A stretch of 64,000 nt of DNA. Source: Balanoglossus misakiensis (Eukaryota > Animalia > Hemichordata). Within the stretch, counting starts at the first letter, position 1, and the number at the start of each line of letters is the position of its first letter. The stretch is taken from the NCBI GenBank assembly GCA_040954595.2, contig CM082587.2:248001-312000 (forward strand). The letters are read 5' to 3'. The position numbers and the translations under genes are program-made. Below are positions 1 to 15,100 of this stretch, in pieces. The notes below the pieces were generated by a model. That model did no database searches. It saw only the letters and a list, made by a program, of their open reading frames with translations, and was not told the DNA's origin.

Positions 1-3000
1 TGATCTCAAACAAAATCACTAAACTGGCTGGGATGTTGTAGTGGCCAAAGCATTCTGCCAAAGGTAAAAGAAGATCTGTACCAGAATACAGATAAAACTT
101 TCAAATCATTTCAGAATCAACAGGTGGTTAAATGAAGGTGATGTACAAGTGCCACAGTGTATACTGGATCAAAATTAAAGGGATGTAAAATGGATAGGAA
201 ATACTTGGACGTTATAAAAGTGTACGGATATCTCAAACATTCTCTTTATTCACCTGTTGCTATGCTGATGCTGACAGTAAGCTAAACAGTGCCTGGTAAC
301 GAAGATGTATTACATATTAATTCTAACTAAACACAATGTTGAGGTGTTTGAAAAATGAATTCAATACCGCACAGGGTCTCACAAATTAGATTAGGCAACA
401 CAATACATGCACAGATTTGCATGGCTGATGAAACTGAAAAAGTAGTGATTGGGTTTCAGTCGCTCTACTGTTCAAAAAGAAAACCCCAAAAGACCAGGGG
501 CAAGCTAATTTAGAAGAGAATTTCTGAGGGTAAAAATATTTCATGAATATAAATGGAGGGTGCAGGTTTTTAAACAATGAACCATGTCTTGCAAAAGCGT
601 CTTTTTGTTCTTGCTCATGAAAAATAAGTGATCCCAATCTAATTCAATGTATGACCTTTGACCTAGTCATAAACTACACACCTCCACATTCTTTGCGTGC
701 ACGTGAGAAAACCAATGCCTCACAACAAATTATCTGCAGAACTCTGTGGTGCGATCTACAGAGATGCATCAAATATCTGTCTCTTGACATGCTGAGTGAG
801 TGATGCCTGTACAAATATGAATGTCTTGGCCATTTATAGCTGGGAAAATCTTCCTATAAATTTACACATTTCTTTTTCTCCCACGCTGCATGACATAAAT
901 GTTCCCACCACAACGACTACATTTAGGATTCTCCTTGCCCCATTTCTGTTCACAGCTTAAATTATTACCCAGTGATGACCATAAGCACTTAGGAGTAACT
1001 TGTCTTGTCCATTAGGGTGTGGACATACACATGGCTGAGTCATCTGTTCTGTTGTACTACCGCCATTAACACCAACCATGGCCCAGTGCTCAGTAACAAT
1101 ACAAACTATAATTTATAATCCTTTCATTAAACTCTACCACCCCTGCAGAATGATTGGCAAAATTCTCCCATGAACGTGGACCAGCAGCCACAAGTAGCTG
1201 CTAAACACCTGTGGAAAGATAGCTATTTATGGGAAAGTAAAAAAGGGAGGTCTAGAAACTGTTTCAACCATTGATCTGGCCATGTACCATCTTATTTGCA
1301 TATCATACGATCACACTGGAAAAACAACTGGAGTTTTTATTTTCCATATCTCTACACTGTCTCTTGATGTCATTATTTGGATCATTAACCTACTTGGCAA
1401 GAAGTAATGAACTGTGATTTTTGCATGAAAAGTATGTAAGATCAAAAAGATAAAAGAAGACTAGAACTCTTTATGTAATAATTCTCCAGCTGGTTGATTC
1501 AATTTCTTTCAATTTCCTCACGGTCACTTGAAGCATAACGAAACAGCTGAGAACAGCATGTGTGTTCTGAGCACAATTGGCACTTAATTAATATGCGTGT
1601 GTATCTATCTGCTTAATTGGTGACCTGAGAGATTAGACATATTGCTACTGCCACCATATTTAAACAGGGATATTTATATACACAGTTATGTTTTTTATCC
1701 AAACAACCATCCATATATACATACATACACAAACACATAACAACCCATCCACCGATGTAATCCAGTTTCCATTTCCAGGTCATGACGGCACTCGCAACAA
1801 AAATCAATAAAGTCAATACTTTGAACTGGAAGGCCGACTTCAGTGTGTGATAAACAAACTAAGACCACATCATATTTAATCACTATGTATCATAATGATT
1901 TCATGAAAAAGTACAAGTCTAGACTTGCTATTCAATAGTCTGATGTCAAAGCCATCTATTATGACATCACACCTCTAGTTAAGTACAAATATACTCATTC
2001 CATGCTTTTTCATCTTCATTCATTGAGGGTATTGCGAGTGAAATTCATTGAACTGAATATTAAAGATATCAAAATAACGGTTCTACAATACACGACAAAT
2101 CTCATCACTCTTCTTTATTAAGGTAGAATTGACAACATGGTCAACAATGACAAAGATGCTGAAAGCATGTTAACTTACTGTCTGAATAAGTTACAGACAA
2201 GTGGATGCTTGGTAACTTCCTGTTTTTCAAGGAGTGGTTCACCAAGGCCAATTTTTACAAATATGCAAGCCTTTGGTTGTTATTCAGGAAGAGCCATTAT
2301 TGCCATTCACAACTTGCTCAATGCTTTTCAAAATTAGACAAAAAATAATGATGGAATTTGCTTTCTAGGGCTTCATCAACTTAACGCATTTTGATTCATG
2401 CGAAAAAAAGGTGCTTCTTTCTCTCTCTCTCTCTGAAGGTTCAGTCGAACTTTAACCACGGCATATTTGAATTGTTAGACACATTGATTCTTTAATACAG
2501 TAGGTCACATGCAGGATTTCATCGACGACGACGCCATTGTCGTTGTTAGAATTTGTGGGAATGTCAAGTGTAATTAATGTACAGGTGAAAGGGCCACACC
2601 CAGGGATCAATGAAATCGAGACACGCATATCACCAAAAGAGTCTATAACGATTCAGGTATAATATTGAGCACTTTGAAAACCCGAATTTTCCCGCCCAGC
2701 GCCACACGAGTAGCTATATGGTTGGTTACCGATGATAGACAGAAAAGGTAGGCCTCGATGTCGACGAATCTAGGCACGGTACGACAATCGCGTCATCGTC
2801 ATCAGGGTCACAGATTCTCAATGCACGAATTACGCTACGCACTTCTATGAAACACATACGCGCATTAATTCTTGTTAAAACCGCAACTGACATTACGATT
2901 CTATTTCAGTCTGTATTAGTATATGCCTATGTAGCTAACTGTCCGATGAAATCAATTAGTTTCAGCGACTAGTAGAATGGACTGTCGCATCATGGTCTCG

Positions 3001-3514
3001 TGTCGTACTGTGTGGTCCATTAATTTCGCAAATCATGCCATTTAGTTATGGTCGCGGGTGACAAACGTAAGTGCGTCACGTTCATCGGGGGCACACACAA
3101 AAGTATTATCAGTGAAAGCATTTTTCCCCCGTCCATGTTGGCACGTTGTCAACTTTTTAAGCAAAATTAAATCCCGAACACCTGAAATATTCGCTCTAGA
3201 GTAATTAACCGATTCAAAACTAAGCAGTCCAATCATTTTACGATTCTGTCCCAAAATGTAGCTAGTTTGTTACTTCGATTACTTGCGCGTGCCAAAATAA
3301 AATAAATTGTATCAATATGACAACTAAGTGGTTTTCAAAAGCCATCAAAACACGCATAGTGTAGCGAGATCTCGAGAGCAATAGCCGATCCGATCCGGGC
3401 CGGGCCTGGCCTTTGTGCAAACAAACGGACAGGTAATTTTTCTGGATGGAAGGTAAATGTACATTGACATGAAAGCGACATTTATATAAAAGGTTGAAAT
3501 GTGTGGAGACTTAC

Positions 3515-3550
3515 ACGCTGGACAGATTCCTTCTCATCAACCGACGACAT
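3515..3550 (-). CDS. First coding exon (MSSVDEKESVQR) of an unidentified gene that continues off the left edge
   Basis: ATG in AAGATGT context, 12 open codons, then a canonical GTAAGT donor. CpG-rich promoter-like surroundings (~2500-4100). No further exon recognised in 1-3500. Confidence 0.55.
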
Positions 3551-3729
3551 CTTCGCACTTGGGTGGAAAACAGCCTTGCAGCAAGAGAAAATCCTAACCG
3601 CCGTTCACGTTGTGTGGAGAAGCTTGCCAGTGAAATGAGTTCAAACTGCCACGCTTAATCGTACTCTCACTTATTTGCCTAGGCTATGATTAGCATAACA
3701 ACAAACTGAATATATATATAGAGAGAGAC

Positions 3730-3743
3730 GGTTTCGCGAAACC
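3730..3743. promoter_or_regulatory. Perfect 14-bp palindrome GGTTTCGCGAAACC (E2F/CGCG-type element) upstream of the orphan exon
   Basis: Palindrome seen directly, ~180 bp upstream of the ATG at 3550. Factor assignment is inference. Confidence 0.3.
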
Positions 3744-6482
3744 CCAAACATCCGCTTTCAGAGGAAATACCAGAACGAGATGCAGTATGTTATAGCCATC
3801 ATACAATTTCCTGATGTCGGGATAATAACCTGATATGATATCGACATTTAGTGAAAATGCCTTGAGTTCCACAGTACATTGTGCACGTGAAAAGGCCTTC
3901 GTAATGCGCGGATTTATTGACATTTTCAAAGAAAATTATCCGGGGGACCAAGGCCATAAATTAAAAGTTTGAACAGTCTGGTGGTTCGGAGGAACCGTGG
4001 TAGGCTACATTCAAAGCAAATGTCGCATCTGCCATCGGGTACGTGCTGAAACTCACATTTGTGCGTCACAAGTTATGTACTCAGTTATTTTACGTTCCGA
4101 GAAACTTGCAGTTTGACTGGATAAGAATGAATCATTTTGTTTTCTTGAAGAAAGGCTCAACTTTGATCGTTGTCCCTGCAGAATTGAATCACTTGTGATT
4201 TATTGGAATGGTGACGCGTTAAGATTCAGGGAAGAGGAAGTTGCCACTGATTTCGCCTGAAATCTACATCACACTAAGATAAGGAATGGAAATGTTGACT
4301 GATACATCTGTTGACGTGGAAACGATATTTACAGTTTTCATTTTGCGCACAAATTTGAGAGAGATGAGCCGTTGACCAGACTGACAGTGTACATTGTTTA
4401 TTCTCAGTTCTTGAACAGCATGAGCAATAACAAGCATTTTCGAAGTACGGGTAAATAATTATTGTTGAGCCACGAAAAAAAATAGTATGACTGTCAATGA
4501 TATAAAACTTTATGTCACTTTATGCATAGAGTAATCCTGGATGGAAAATTGGTAATGTGACTTGAATCAATTGCAGCCAACAAATAATAAGGTAGATCAA
4601 TAACAACATGATGAGTGACAAGCAATTCATAGCCAAGACTGTAGACAGAGGCCACTCACATTCATGCATACTCACAAATTTAGTTTCTTCAATGGAACTT
4701 TAATTCATTTTTGTTTCGTTCAAATTTTTCAAAACAGCTGTCTAGATTTCTTTAAAGTAACAGTCACAGTTGGGGATGAAAAATAAACTCTGACAGAAAC
4801 GAAAGAAGACACTAAGTTGATCAGTTGTGTAAGAGAACATTCAAACTTGATTGATAGCACGTGTCATTGCCAACATCAAATTTGGACACAGGAAATTTAC
4901 ATTTACAGTCATTTCAAAACGAAAAACTGCATGAATATTCAAAGTTTTATATATGGCCCTAAAATACTTTCAGCAACATAATGCATAATTTTTCATTGAC
5001 ATTTTTGTTTAATTTTGTAATGCTTAATATTGTGTGTTGATGTTGACGTATAAATTGTTCACAGGAACTTACTAATTCTTCATACAGAAGTTAAAAAAAT
5101 TTGCTACTATATTCGGGGCATGTTTTTGAAGGACTTATCTACTTGAAATACACAATAAAACAAGCATATCACATTTATATACATCTATGTGGTTAGATAC
5201 ACGTTTAGTCAGAGGTATAAATCATTTGCTAAATTCTGCTGTTGTGGGTGATAAGGTCGATCCAATCTCCCTCCCTCCACTTCACTCCAATGCAAAGAGC
5301 TCACCCCTATCCTACATAGTGTGCCCACCAAGGCATTTTAAGTTACAATGACACTTAAGGACCAGCTCATGTCGTAGTAGGGAGGTCTACTTTGATAGAT
5401 TCTAATTAATGACTTCTCCATTTTCAAGTTAATATAAATAAAAATACATCAATGAAAATTCCATCAGAAAGTCATAAACAAAACTGAAAACAACAACAAC
5501 ATAAAAAAACACAAAGCATTGATATTATTATTTTGAGGTAAAGAGTGTTGTATCAACAGTGACTTGCAAAGACATTCCTAAATCAAACACACTCTAGATG
5601 TTGGTGTGTTCTCTACAAAACAAATTCTATGTATATTGATACTGTAAATTCTTTTTAATGAAATTACAACAGACTGCAGCTACAGGGAAACATACATCAA
5701 CACCAATTATTGCTTAATACCTTGATCAGACCTTGCCCCAAAAACAGAAATACAAACTTTGACAGAACTGGGGGAGAAAAAAAAAGACTGATATCAAGTG
5801 AAATATTTTGAGGAGTTTTACAATCTATATAATTTTTCTTCTCCTTGATATTTAATATGTGAATAGACTAGATTTACAATATCTGAGATGCCTTTGCTGA
5901 ACTTTGAAAAATAAATCCCTGTAGAACCCCCCCCCCCCCCCCCCCCTGGATATGGGTCCAACCATTTTGTTGGAAACAAGTGGTTGAACCAAAGCCTGGT
6001 GGCAAGGGGAAGGCCAAGCATCAACTTAAATTTTAGTACCATCCAACTTTACATTCAGAATTAGAAAAGTAAAAAACAACCAACATCCTATACCATAGGA
6101 ACTTTCGTGTAAGCGCAGCAAAAACACCAAAAATACTACAAAAAGTACTCATAATGATACCAAATTTGTGTGTGAGAATTTATAGTTGGTGATACAGTTG
6201 ATTTTGGAAGAAAACTATTTCACCTGCTGAATACTTCTGCTCTCTCTCTCTCCCTATTTCAAAGTGGTATAAACTCATGGTCTGTGTTCGTACCACTTAC
6301 AGGACGGGGAAGTTAGCCATGCACATTCAAAATAGAGGACATTTGGTAAAACATGTATGAAGTAGTACTGGTATGAATCTCAAACTAATTTTATATTGCA
6401 AATTTTCCCACTAACTGTGCCAATGTTTTCAATCTCATTTTTGTTCTTAGATCAGACAAGGGCATCCTCCACAACATTTCCA

Positions 6483-6528
6483 TAGAAAACAATGGGTTTG
6501 GACTGAACCATAGTGGTGAAGGGGTTAA
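6483..6528 (-). repeat. Partial copy of a short TTAA-ended interspersed repeat (MITE-like)
   Basis: Reverse complement TTAACCCCTTCACCACTATGGTTCAGTCCAAACCCATTGTTTTCTA nearly matches 44549-44594. Confidence 0.6.
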
Positions 6529-9146
6529 GACAATATATACTTGATTAGAGTAAACCATTTTTAAAATACTTATTTGCTCATACTTTGTGTGGAGGGGGGA
6601 GGCATGTTCTAAAACCATGTTCAATGATGGACAATATGATTATGTTAGTTGTTTTTTTTTACAAATAAGAAATATTCATGTGAATTCGTTTATATTATGT
6701 GTAAAATTCATTAACCAGTGACAGTCTGTTGGGAAGGGTCACAGCCATTGTTAAAGTCGGGAACGTTGTTTGTGGTAGAGAGCAGACAAACAAGAAAATA
6801 ACTGTGTACTCTACAAACTGACCTGCTGTAAAAGTCAAAGCCATTATGACACTAAAATCTCAAAGGCAAGCAGCCTTCCATTTAAATTAAGAAAAAAAAA
6901 ACTGATCTTTTTGTGACTTTCTGTACAGAAAAAATCTTTGCCATAAAAACATTTTTGCAAGCCAGAAATATCAAATTTATCAACAAAAGGCAAACCATTA
7001 CATTTGGGAGCTTAAATTTGTGGTTATGGTATGACTGTGATTTTAAATGAAGTGTGACTCGTGAGTAGAATTGTTAATACACAAAGACAGTCAAGGTGAC
7101 AATGTTACAAAAATACATGTAGTTCTATATCAGAAATCTTAGCACTACAAGAAATATCACAGAATTCTCAATTATTTCACCCGAACATTTCAGGATGCTG
7201 CCAAACACACAATGCTGTTCAAGTCAGTCATTGTGTTTATTTGTCATTTTCCCCCTAAAGTACAACTGAACAGAAAAAGCCATGGTGAGCAAATCCACAA
7301 ACCTATCTTTCCAGGTTAAGAATTTTTATATATCAGAAGTTAATTTTTCACAAACTCGGCTATCAGACTGGCAATTTGCTTTTACTTTAAATCCCAGAGG
7401 AAAGCGAGGTCTTAAAAATGATGGTTTTGTTTGAAAGTACTAGATAAGAATAATTTGCACACCTCAGAAAAAGATTGAATGATCATGCAAAGCTGATCTG
7501 ATACTTTGTCATGCATTTCAGACTCATGGGTGGTGTCAGTATGATGGCTGAGATCATTTTTTTTATCGCATTTGGCAGTGTGATTCATGACTAGAATTTT
7601 GGTATCTCTCCCTATTTCTATATGAATGATCCATAATAAATAACAATGGCTAATCTTGGGGAAGTCTTAATTACAGTGATTTAATTATAACTATACATGA
7701 AAATGGTTGGTAAGAATTTTTCCATTCAAACAGCACAGGTGTGAATACGGTTATATTCAGATTACAGACAGAAATAGCAAAGACTAGCACTATGTAAGTA
7801 GGAAGCCTTCATTTCCATATGTAACTAAATTGTTGGTGAATTTTGGAAAGAAAATTCAACCCGCAAACAAACTATATTTTAATAGTGTTCAATTAAGCCC
7901 CTTTATTTCTCATATCTGCATAGCTCATCAACACATAAATTACAGAAACAAAAAAAAATCCTTTGTCATTATCAAATAATACAAAATATATCAAATGGTA
8001 GGCAATTTTGAATGTCCACTAAAATAACTTTTTTGTTTTGTTTTTTCCCCCCCGTTCAGTTTTTACATGGTAAATAAAAGAAAGTTGGTCTTGATTAAAA
8101 ACTCTCCTTACTAGAGTTTCAAATTGTTGCAATATGATAGAAAATTGATATTTTGCATTGTCTCTGTACAGAGTTAAATTCCTGCAATGTTGTGAAATTA
8201 CTAAATTTGACCATCTCCCTCTTGAACGGGAACTGTTTAACTCCATTAGTGTACACATACACGGCTGTACGGTCTGTCAGTCTTTTGAAGTGGAATACAT
8301 ATCCTCAACTTGATAGCACATTGGTCAGACGAAGAGAAGCTGGCCACTCTGTACTGGTTACCATCTTCTTGTTGGATCACACAAGATGTTTTTTATTTTT
8401 CAGAATGAAACATTCCAAGAGAATACTTTTTCCATCGTGGGCCAGTAAACAACTCATGCCACAGGAGTCTCAGTCTGGAACAGCTTTACTTGGATGGAGG
8501 GTTGTGTTTGTCAAAAATCTAATCAAATGCCAATTCATTCTGACACAAGGAAGTTACTCGAAAACTTCACAATTGCTACATAGTGCTAATTTCAAGAATG
8601 AAAAGTGAAATCAAAACCTGTTTAGACATCCATCTGTTCATGATTGCAAACACGGATGCAAATTTGAAGTACATTTACAGTTACATCCCATTTAAAGATT
8701 TTCTATTCTGAAGTCTTTCTTTTAAATTCAATTTCCTCAATCACTGAGATTCAAATCCATTAAATGCATCTATTACCATTAGCGGCAGTGGTAGAAAAAA
8801 ACAATACACACATAAATCCATTCTATACAGTCCATTATGTCCACCATTGGCAGAGCATTTTGCGGCATAAGGTTTTCCCCAAGCTGGGATAACAACAGTC
8901 TCTCTCTGTTGACAACAAAACTTGGAGAAAGAAAACACACTGTTTGGCTGTCCAACTACAATAAACAGCCCATCATCTGTGGAGAGAAAAGTCACCTGCA
9001 AATTGCTTCTTTTTGTTGCTGTTGTCCTGTTTTTTTAAATTTGGCATTGGATTTTGTTTTCCTCAAGCAAACATGGAAGTTTATATTGCACAGGCACTGT
9101 AAGTTTGCAGCAGACACGCACAGAGTAAAAGAGGTATAATACGGCA

Positions 9147-12100
9147 TCACAATGTCTCTTCAAATGTTGCCATGATGTCACTTTGTCGATTCATGTCAAT
9201 AGCACCAGCCATCTGAAAAAAAACCCAAAGAGAATGAAAAGTCAGTTTCATCATATTTAAATTACAATAAAAAGATCCTAGTGTTCTCTCCAGTATTAAA
9301 ATAGAATGGCAGGACATCCACCATTCCAATCAATCCTGACCCTTACTACCAACTTTGTATCCTCTTCAGATTACATGTTGTATATGGATATTATTGCAGA
9401 AGAGAAAACTCACTGCTTCACGTTTACGCCTTGCTTGTTCCTTTCTTCTTTCCCTTTCAATTATGGATTGTTGTTGTTGTTTTTGGAGAGATTCTTGCTG
9501 AACCTGCCTGGCCTTCTCTAAGGCATCATCTTCTTCTTTTTCCCTGATGAGAAGAAACAAATCACTGTCAATGACAATCCCTCCAAAACAACATTTTTCA
9601 CAAATTTTTTAAATTGATTTGCAGAGTGATTGATGGTTTTAATTAACACATAAATATAATTCCTTTCAAATTCGTCAAAACCCAAAGTAAATATAGATTT
9701 CAACATCTTCTGGTATATGTATTTCTAACAGACTACAGCAACCCACAGATAAGTGTTTTCACCATGAAATCTAAACAAAGCCAATCTGGGTAACAATACC
9801 TTTGTCTTTCCCTTTCTTGACGTATTCTTTCTCTTTCAGCATACTCCTTCTGTTGTTTTCTCATTTCTTCCTGAGCTTGTAGGGCACGTTGCTGAAATCA
9901 TAACAGTACATCACTCAGATATCACACACACTCACAAGACATTGTTTTCCAGCCTTACCTTAGTGCTTATGCACTAGTCTACTGATGCAATTTACAACCA
10001 AACATTGAGACATTATCCTAAAAATTACATTATCTACACAACCTGGAACAATTCTGATGAGAGTGCAAGACACAGAGACACTCGCACAAATCTGTTCCAC
10101 CCAGACAGATGCAGACACTCATTTCTAACTGACTGACACACGCGCTCAAATCACACACAAATACACACGTGCACTCGCACACACACACTCACACATACGT
10201 AAACTTCAAAGCTAACACTCACCCTCTCATCTTTCTCCTTTTTCTGTTTCTTGAAAAGTTCAAACGTTTTCTCTGAGGAATGTACTTGTGGTATGGTTCC
10301 ACCAAATGGACTGTTTGCAGCCGACTTGGCCAGATTTGACCAGGATCCAACATTACGAATTTTGAAGTCCTGAAACAAGAGGACAAAATTGACATACATT
10401 GAATATGAGCTCAAGACACAGTAACAGTTGCAGTCAATTCTGCAGGTTTATTCTCCATTTCAGGTGTTGGTCACTATGAAAGTACAGTGGCATTAACACT
10501 TTGTGCCGTGTCGCATGAACCCATACCTGCAGCATCAGGCAGAACAACACCCACCCTTTAAGTGTGTTAGAGTAGCTCATTCTAATAAAATTTTATCACC
10601 AGAACATTGAAAAGGTGTGCTCAAAGCTGTAAGTGCTAATTAAAGTAAAGATATTTAACTATTCATTTTTTGCATGGGACAATTCTACACTTTCCTTGAG
10701 TTTAATCCGTAGGTAGGCCATTGAGGGACTATACCCTGCTTTCTTCTACATACCCACTTGAGACACTTCTGTCATTTTGTCAGAACCATTTCACACTAAT
10801 CATTTCAAGGGCAAGTAAAGTCTGACATTACTTTCACCATAAAATGTGTTTATTTGAACAAAGAGTGAAAGGTATTCTATTTGTCAACCAAGTAAAACAG
10901 GCTTATCTTTATGTAGTGTCACAACAGCTTGGATACTGAAATATGACAAACACAACTCTGACAGACCTAGATATTGAAAAAGGCATGTGTCCAGACTGCA
11001 GTGCCTGAATGTAGAAAAAATATGTAATTAAGGAAAGTCTTATGAACAACTCACCTTTTTCTGATGCGGGTGCTTGATCTCACCCATCTTTTTCTGAGCA
11101 TCCGTGTTTGCTTGAACTGGTATGGCTCCAACAGAGAATGACACGGCTGAAATCAGAAGACAGACAGTAAGACATGTAATCCTGTATCTAGCACAGCAAC
11201 TAATCCAATTGCCTGTTCACCATGCAAGTTAGGAAAACATGCAGAATTACTATAAGGTTAAAATTGGATACTGTGCCAAAAACAAGGATGTAGAAATTAC
11301 GCTCCATAACCTGCAGAAACACACTGCTGTAACTGAAAAAAATGTTGACTGTGAGGCAGTAGTTGAATGGATAATACTGTTGCCACACTCTGCAATGAAG
11401 GTCAACTATAAAATTGTGAAGTAGTGCACTTGGATGTAAACAGTGTTTGTGTACATGTGACTCTTGAGCCAAAAGTCAAAGTTTTACTTCAAACACAGCG
11501 GTGATGATGAACTTCTCTGGAATGCTGTCAAATTAAAATAAATAAAGACGGTTTTATTTGAAGAGAGTCAGTACACAGTCCCACCAACAAGTATGAAGGC
11601 TTATCAAGGACAGATTTCATAACTGCAATGTGGGGTCAAGACAGGAAATGATTGCAAAAGACAGCCTACACAAAAAGGTTCAAAAGGTGCGGCATTTATG
11701 GACAGCCACAAACCAAGGAGACAGACACTGACACGCCTTGTTTACATCTCACTTCAACAAACATTGCACTACCTCTCCTCAAGCACATGCCATGGGTCTT
11801 GAAACAGTCAAATTAAACAAGGCTAATATTTGTCTTACCAAAGCTATCAAATGTTGTAAAATTTACTTTCTGGGGGTTAGCAGGCAACTTCATTTGTGTG
11901 TGTGTGCTCTGCGTAGCAACTGAAGTATTTCACAAAGACTAGACACTTGCATTGTACTGACACTCCTTTTCATGGTACCGGCACAACAGCACTGATAAAA
12001 ACAGAAATCGGTCACGTTTTGGACACCATTGTAGTCAAAAAGTACAATGTGATTGCAAGGGACTGATCAGAATTACACAACTAATGCTGGGACGTGCGGA

Positions 12101-15100
12101 GGCTTGCTTGCTTTTAATCGTTCAAAAATGTTGTTGTTCTTTATCAATGCTGTTGTGCCAGTTCTATGAAAAGCGTTTTAAGATATTTCAATGTCTATCC
12201 CAGTCCTCCAGATATTGAAGCGTAAGCCTCCACACAACATTATGTACAATTATCATTTCATTCTTACCAGGTTTGGTCGTAGATTTTGGTTGATCTTGCT
12301 TTGGTGGTTCAGGTTGAATTGGCTGAGGTTTTATGAGAGCAACATGTGTTGGTTCATCTACTGGTGGTGGCGTCTGTGTATCAGCTTTACTGGAGTTGCT
12401 GTCTTCATCCCCGATTGAAAACTTCACTGGTTCTGTAATGTCAGAGGTCATCGAAAAGCCAATTGGAGATTTGGGTTTGGCGTCAATTTGTGCCATGGGT
12501 GGTGTTGCTGGCTTCGACAACAGCTTTGTCGTTGCTTGCGCTGAAGTTTTTGATGACTGTTTTGAGGACGACAACTGTGAGGATGATGGAGGGGTATCTG
12601 GCTTTGCAGGCTGTTTAGCAACTGGTGGCATAGCTGGTTTTGTTGGCTGCTTGGCTGCTGGTGTTGTTGTTGTTGTTGCAGTCTTGGATGGCTGTTTAGA
12701 TGCTGGTGGCGTGGGTGCCTTTGGAGGATGTTTTGCAGCAGGTGGTGTAGAAGGTTTGGAGTGTTTTGACACTGGTGGTGTTGCAGGTTTTGTTGAATGT
12801 CTTGGTGGTGTTGTTGACTTTGAAGAATGTTTTAATGAGGGTGCTTGGGCTGCTTTCGAGTTCTGTGAAGCTGGAGGGGTTTTAGTCTTAGGAGGCCTGG
12901 ACTCTGGCATTTCAACTTGGAGATCTGTAATAAAAAGAAATTTGCACATTCAACAGAGGCACCACTCCCCAGGTTGAATACTCTACAGGACAGCCATGAC
13001 TTCATACAGGAAACGAACGGTTGAAACAGACATCAAGATTGTTTTCATCACTCTATATACATCACACAATATACAGTCAGTGATGGTAGTAGATATATGT
13101 TGAAATCTTACCAGTACTCATGTCCACTGGTTGGTGCAATGGGTGAGGATGGTGCATCTCAAATAGTGGTTGATGTGCTGGTTGTTCCGTTGGTGATTGT
13201 GGTTGTGTTAGCAGTGGTTGATGAACTGGCATCTGTGGTGGTGGCACAGGTTTCAACTGCCGCACAGGCATTGGGGAAGCTTTACTACTTGGCCGACTTG
13301 GCTGTGCTGGCAGACTGCTGTGACTGGCTGGCCGTACTGCTCAAACAACAACAAAAATAGTCACAAAAATGACAAAAAAGGAGACTCCTGGTATCAACAG
13401 AAGTTGCTCACATATAATGATGAGCAGCATTTTAACTTTCAAGAGGACTTTAATTCATTTTTAAAACCAAGTACAGATTTCCATTTTTTTTAAAACTTTT
13501 CCACCCCCGCCACTGTACTAAGAAGATACATTTGTAGTCTGATAACAAGTCTCACTTTGTCCATTTTAGGGAAACATGATGACCATACTATTTACCTGAT
13601 GGTGGAGTAACTGGCGGTGCCTTTGCAGTCATTGCTTCAAATGAATCAATGGTGCCTGTCAGATGAGCTGCTAAAATGGAAGTTGGGGGTGACTGCATAG
13701 CTGCTTGTGGTATCTGCTGCAAGAAAAACACATTTCAATCTGAATGACATGATACAAATGTTGCCAATGTTATTTGGATCATGTGACAAGTTGTCTGTCC
13801 TATGTCTAGAGAGCTACCCTACATGGTGAAACCTTCACCAATACATGTGGTATTATACACCCCATGTGTAATGCCATTGACCAGGTAAATATATACTGCC
13901 CTCTTTGTTGACATTAATGACTAGTTTTGTTTTATTTGCATGCAGTTTTGTGCTTTTGAGGAATTCTTTTATATACTATAGCAGACGAAATAATTTAATG
14001 AAAGGGTAAAAATTCACAGCTATATGATCTTGACCAAATTGCTGGCCTATTTCTGTGAACACAGCAGCCAGTGACAGAAGACAGGAGCTATATGATCTTG
14101 ACCAAATTGCTGGCCTATTTCTGTGAACACAGCAGCCAGTGACAGAAGCTATATGATCTTGACCAAATTGCTGGCCTATTTCTGTGAATACAGCAGCCAG
14201 TGACAGAAGACAGGAACAAGACTGAGACAGGGCCCCTCACAAATTGACAGAACCTCTGTAGTCTGTGTCACTGACCAAATGCACTTACCTGGGGAGGATG
14301 AAATGTGGGTTGTGTTGGTGGAGCATCAACATTAGGAATTGGTAGCTGACTCTGATCAGATGTAGTTTTGGAAGTGTGCTGTTGCTTTGAAGGCACAGCG
14401 GCAATTTTCTTTTTCTTCTTAGCTGGTGATGCATCCTCTGTGGAAGACATTTATGAATGTCAAACACAACATGAAAGTATTCCAATCTAGGTCATAGTAA
14501 CATTCCACAAGATGCTCGCCAAAATGCAACAAAAATGTCTGAACCTGTCCTAACGTTATTCCCACTATGCAGGTCTGGACAGACTGAAGAAATTGTTTGG
14601 TTTGCAGGGGTGTCCAGTTATAACAGAGGTTCTTTTAACATGGTTCTGTCAAAGGGAAGGGAAAGGGTGTTTGGTATTCTGGTTTCACCCATTTAGTTAC
14701 ATCATCAAGACTTTCCAATATGTCCAGCTACCTACCTGTATGACACACTTACCTCTGTCAATGTTTGAGCAAATTCTACAGATAATATACTTTATGACTT
14801 CATCAATTTTATTTAGCATAAAGAGTGGCGTGTGTGTTCAGGTAACAAGGACCAGTCATTTTCTGCTTCAGGATAGCTCCAGTTGTGACCACTATGCAAA
14901 CAGTTTCCCACATAGACACCTCAACATCCAAGATTTTAAACATCCACTCATTCCACCTGAATACTGAATACTGTGGAATACTTTACTTTCACTGAAATTT
15001 ATTTTGTTGAAAACAAAAAGTTCTGACTTCATATCATCATTTCAATGGGAAGAATTTTCAATGTTTTAGCAGAAACTGAGATCAGTAGCACAATACATTC

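Noticed and set aside
3515-3550. DEKESVQR resembles the DERExVQKKTF start of spectrin-family calponin-homology domains
   Set aside because: Twelve residues are too few to assign a gene.
12333-12977. 214-aa plus-strand ORF (also 18971-19321 and 19686-19886)
   Set aside because: Antisense shadows of low-complexity BET exons.
14018-14215. CRISPR-like appearance of the repeats here and at 32405-32522
   Set aside because: Head-to-tail repeats without unique spacers, in eukaryotic DNA with no cas genes.
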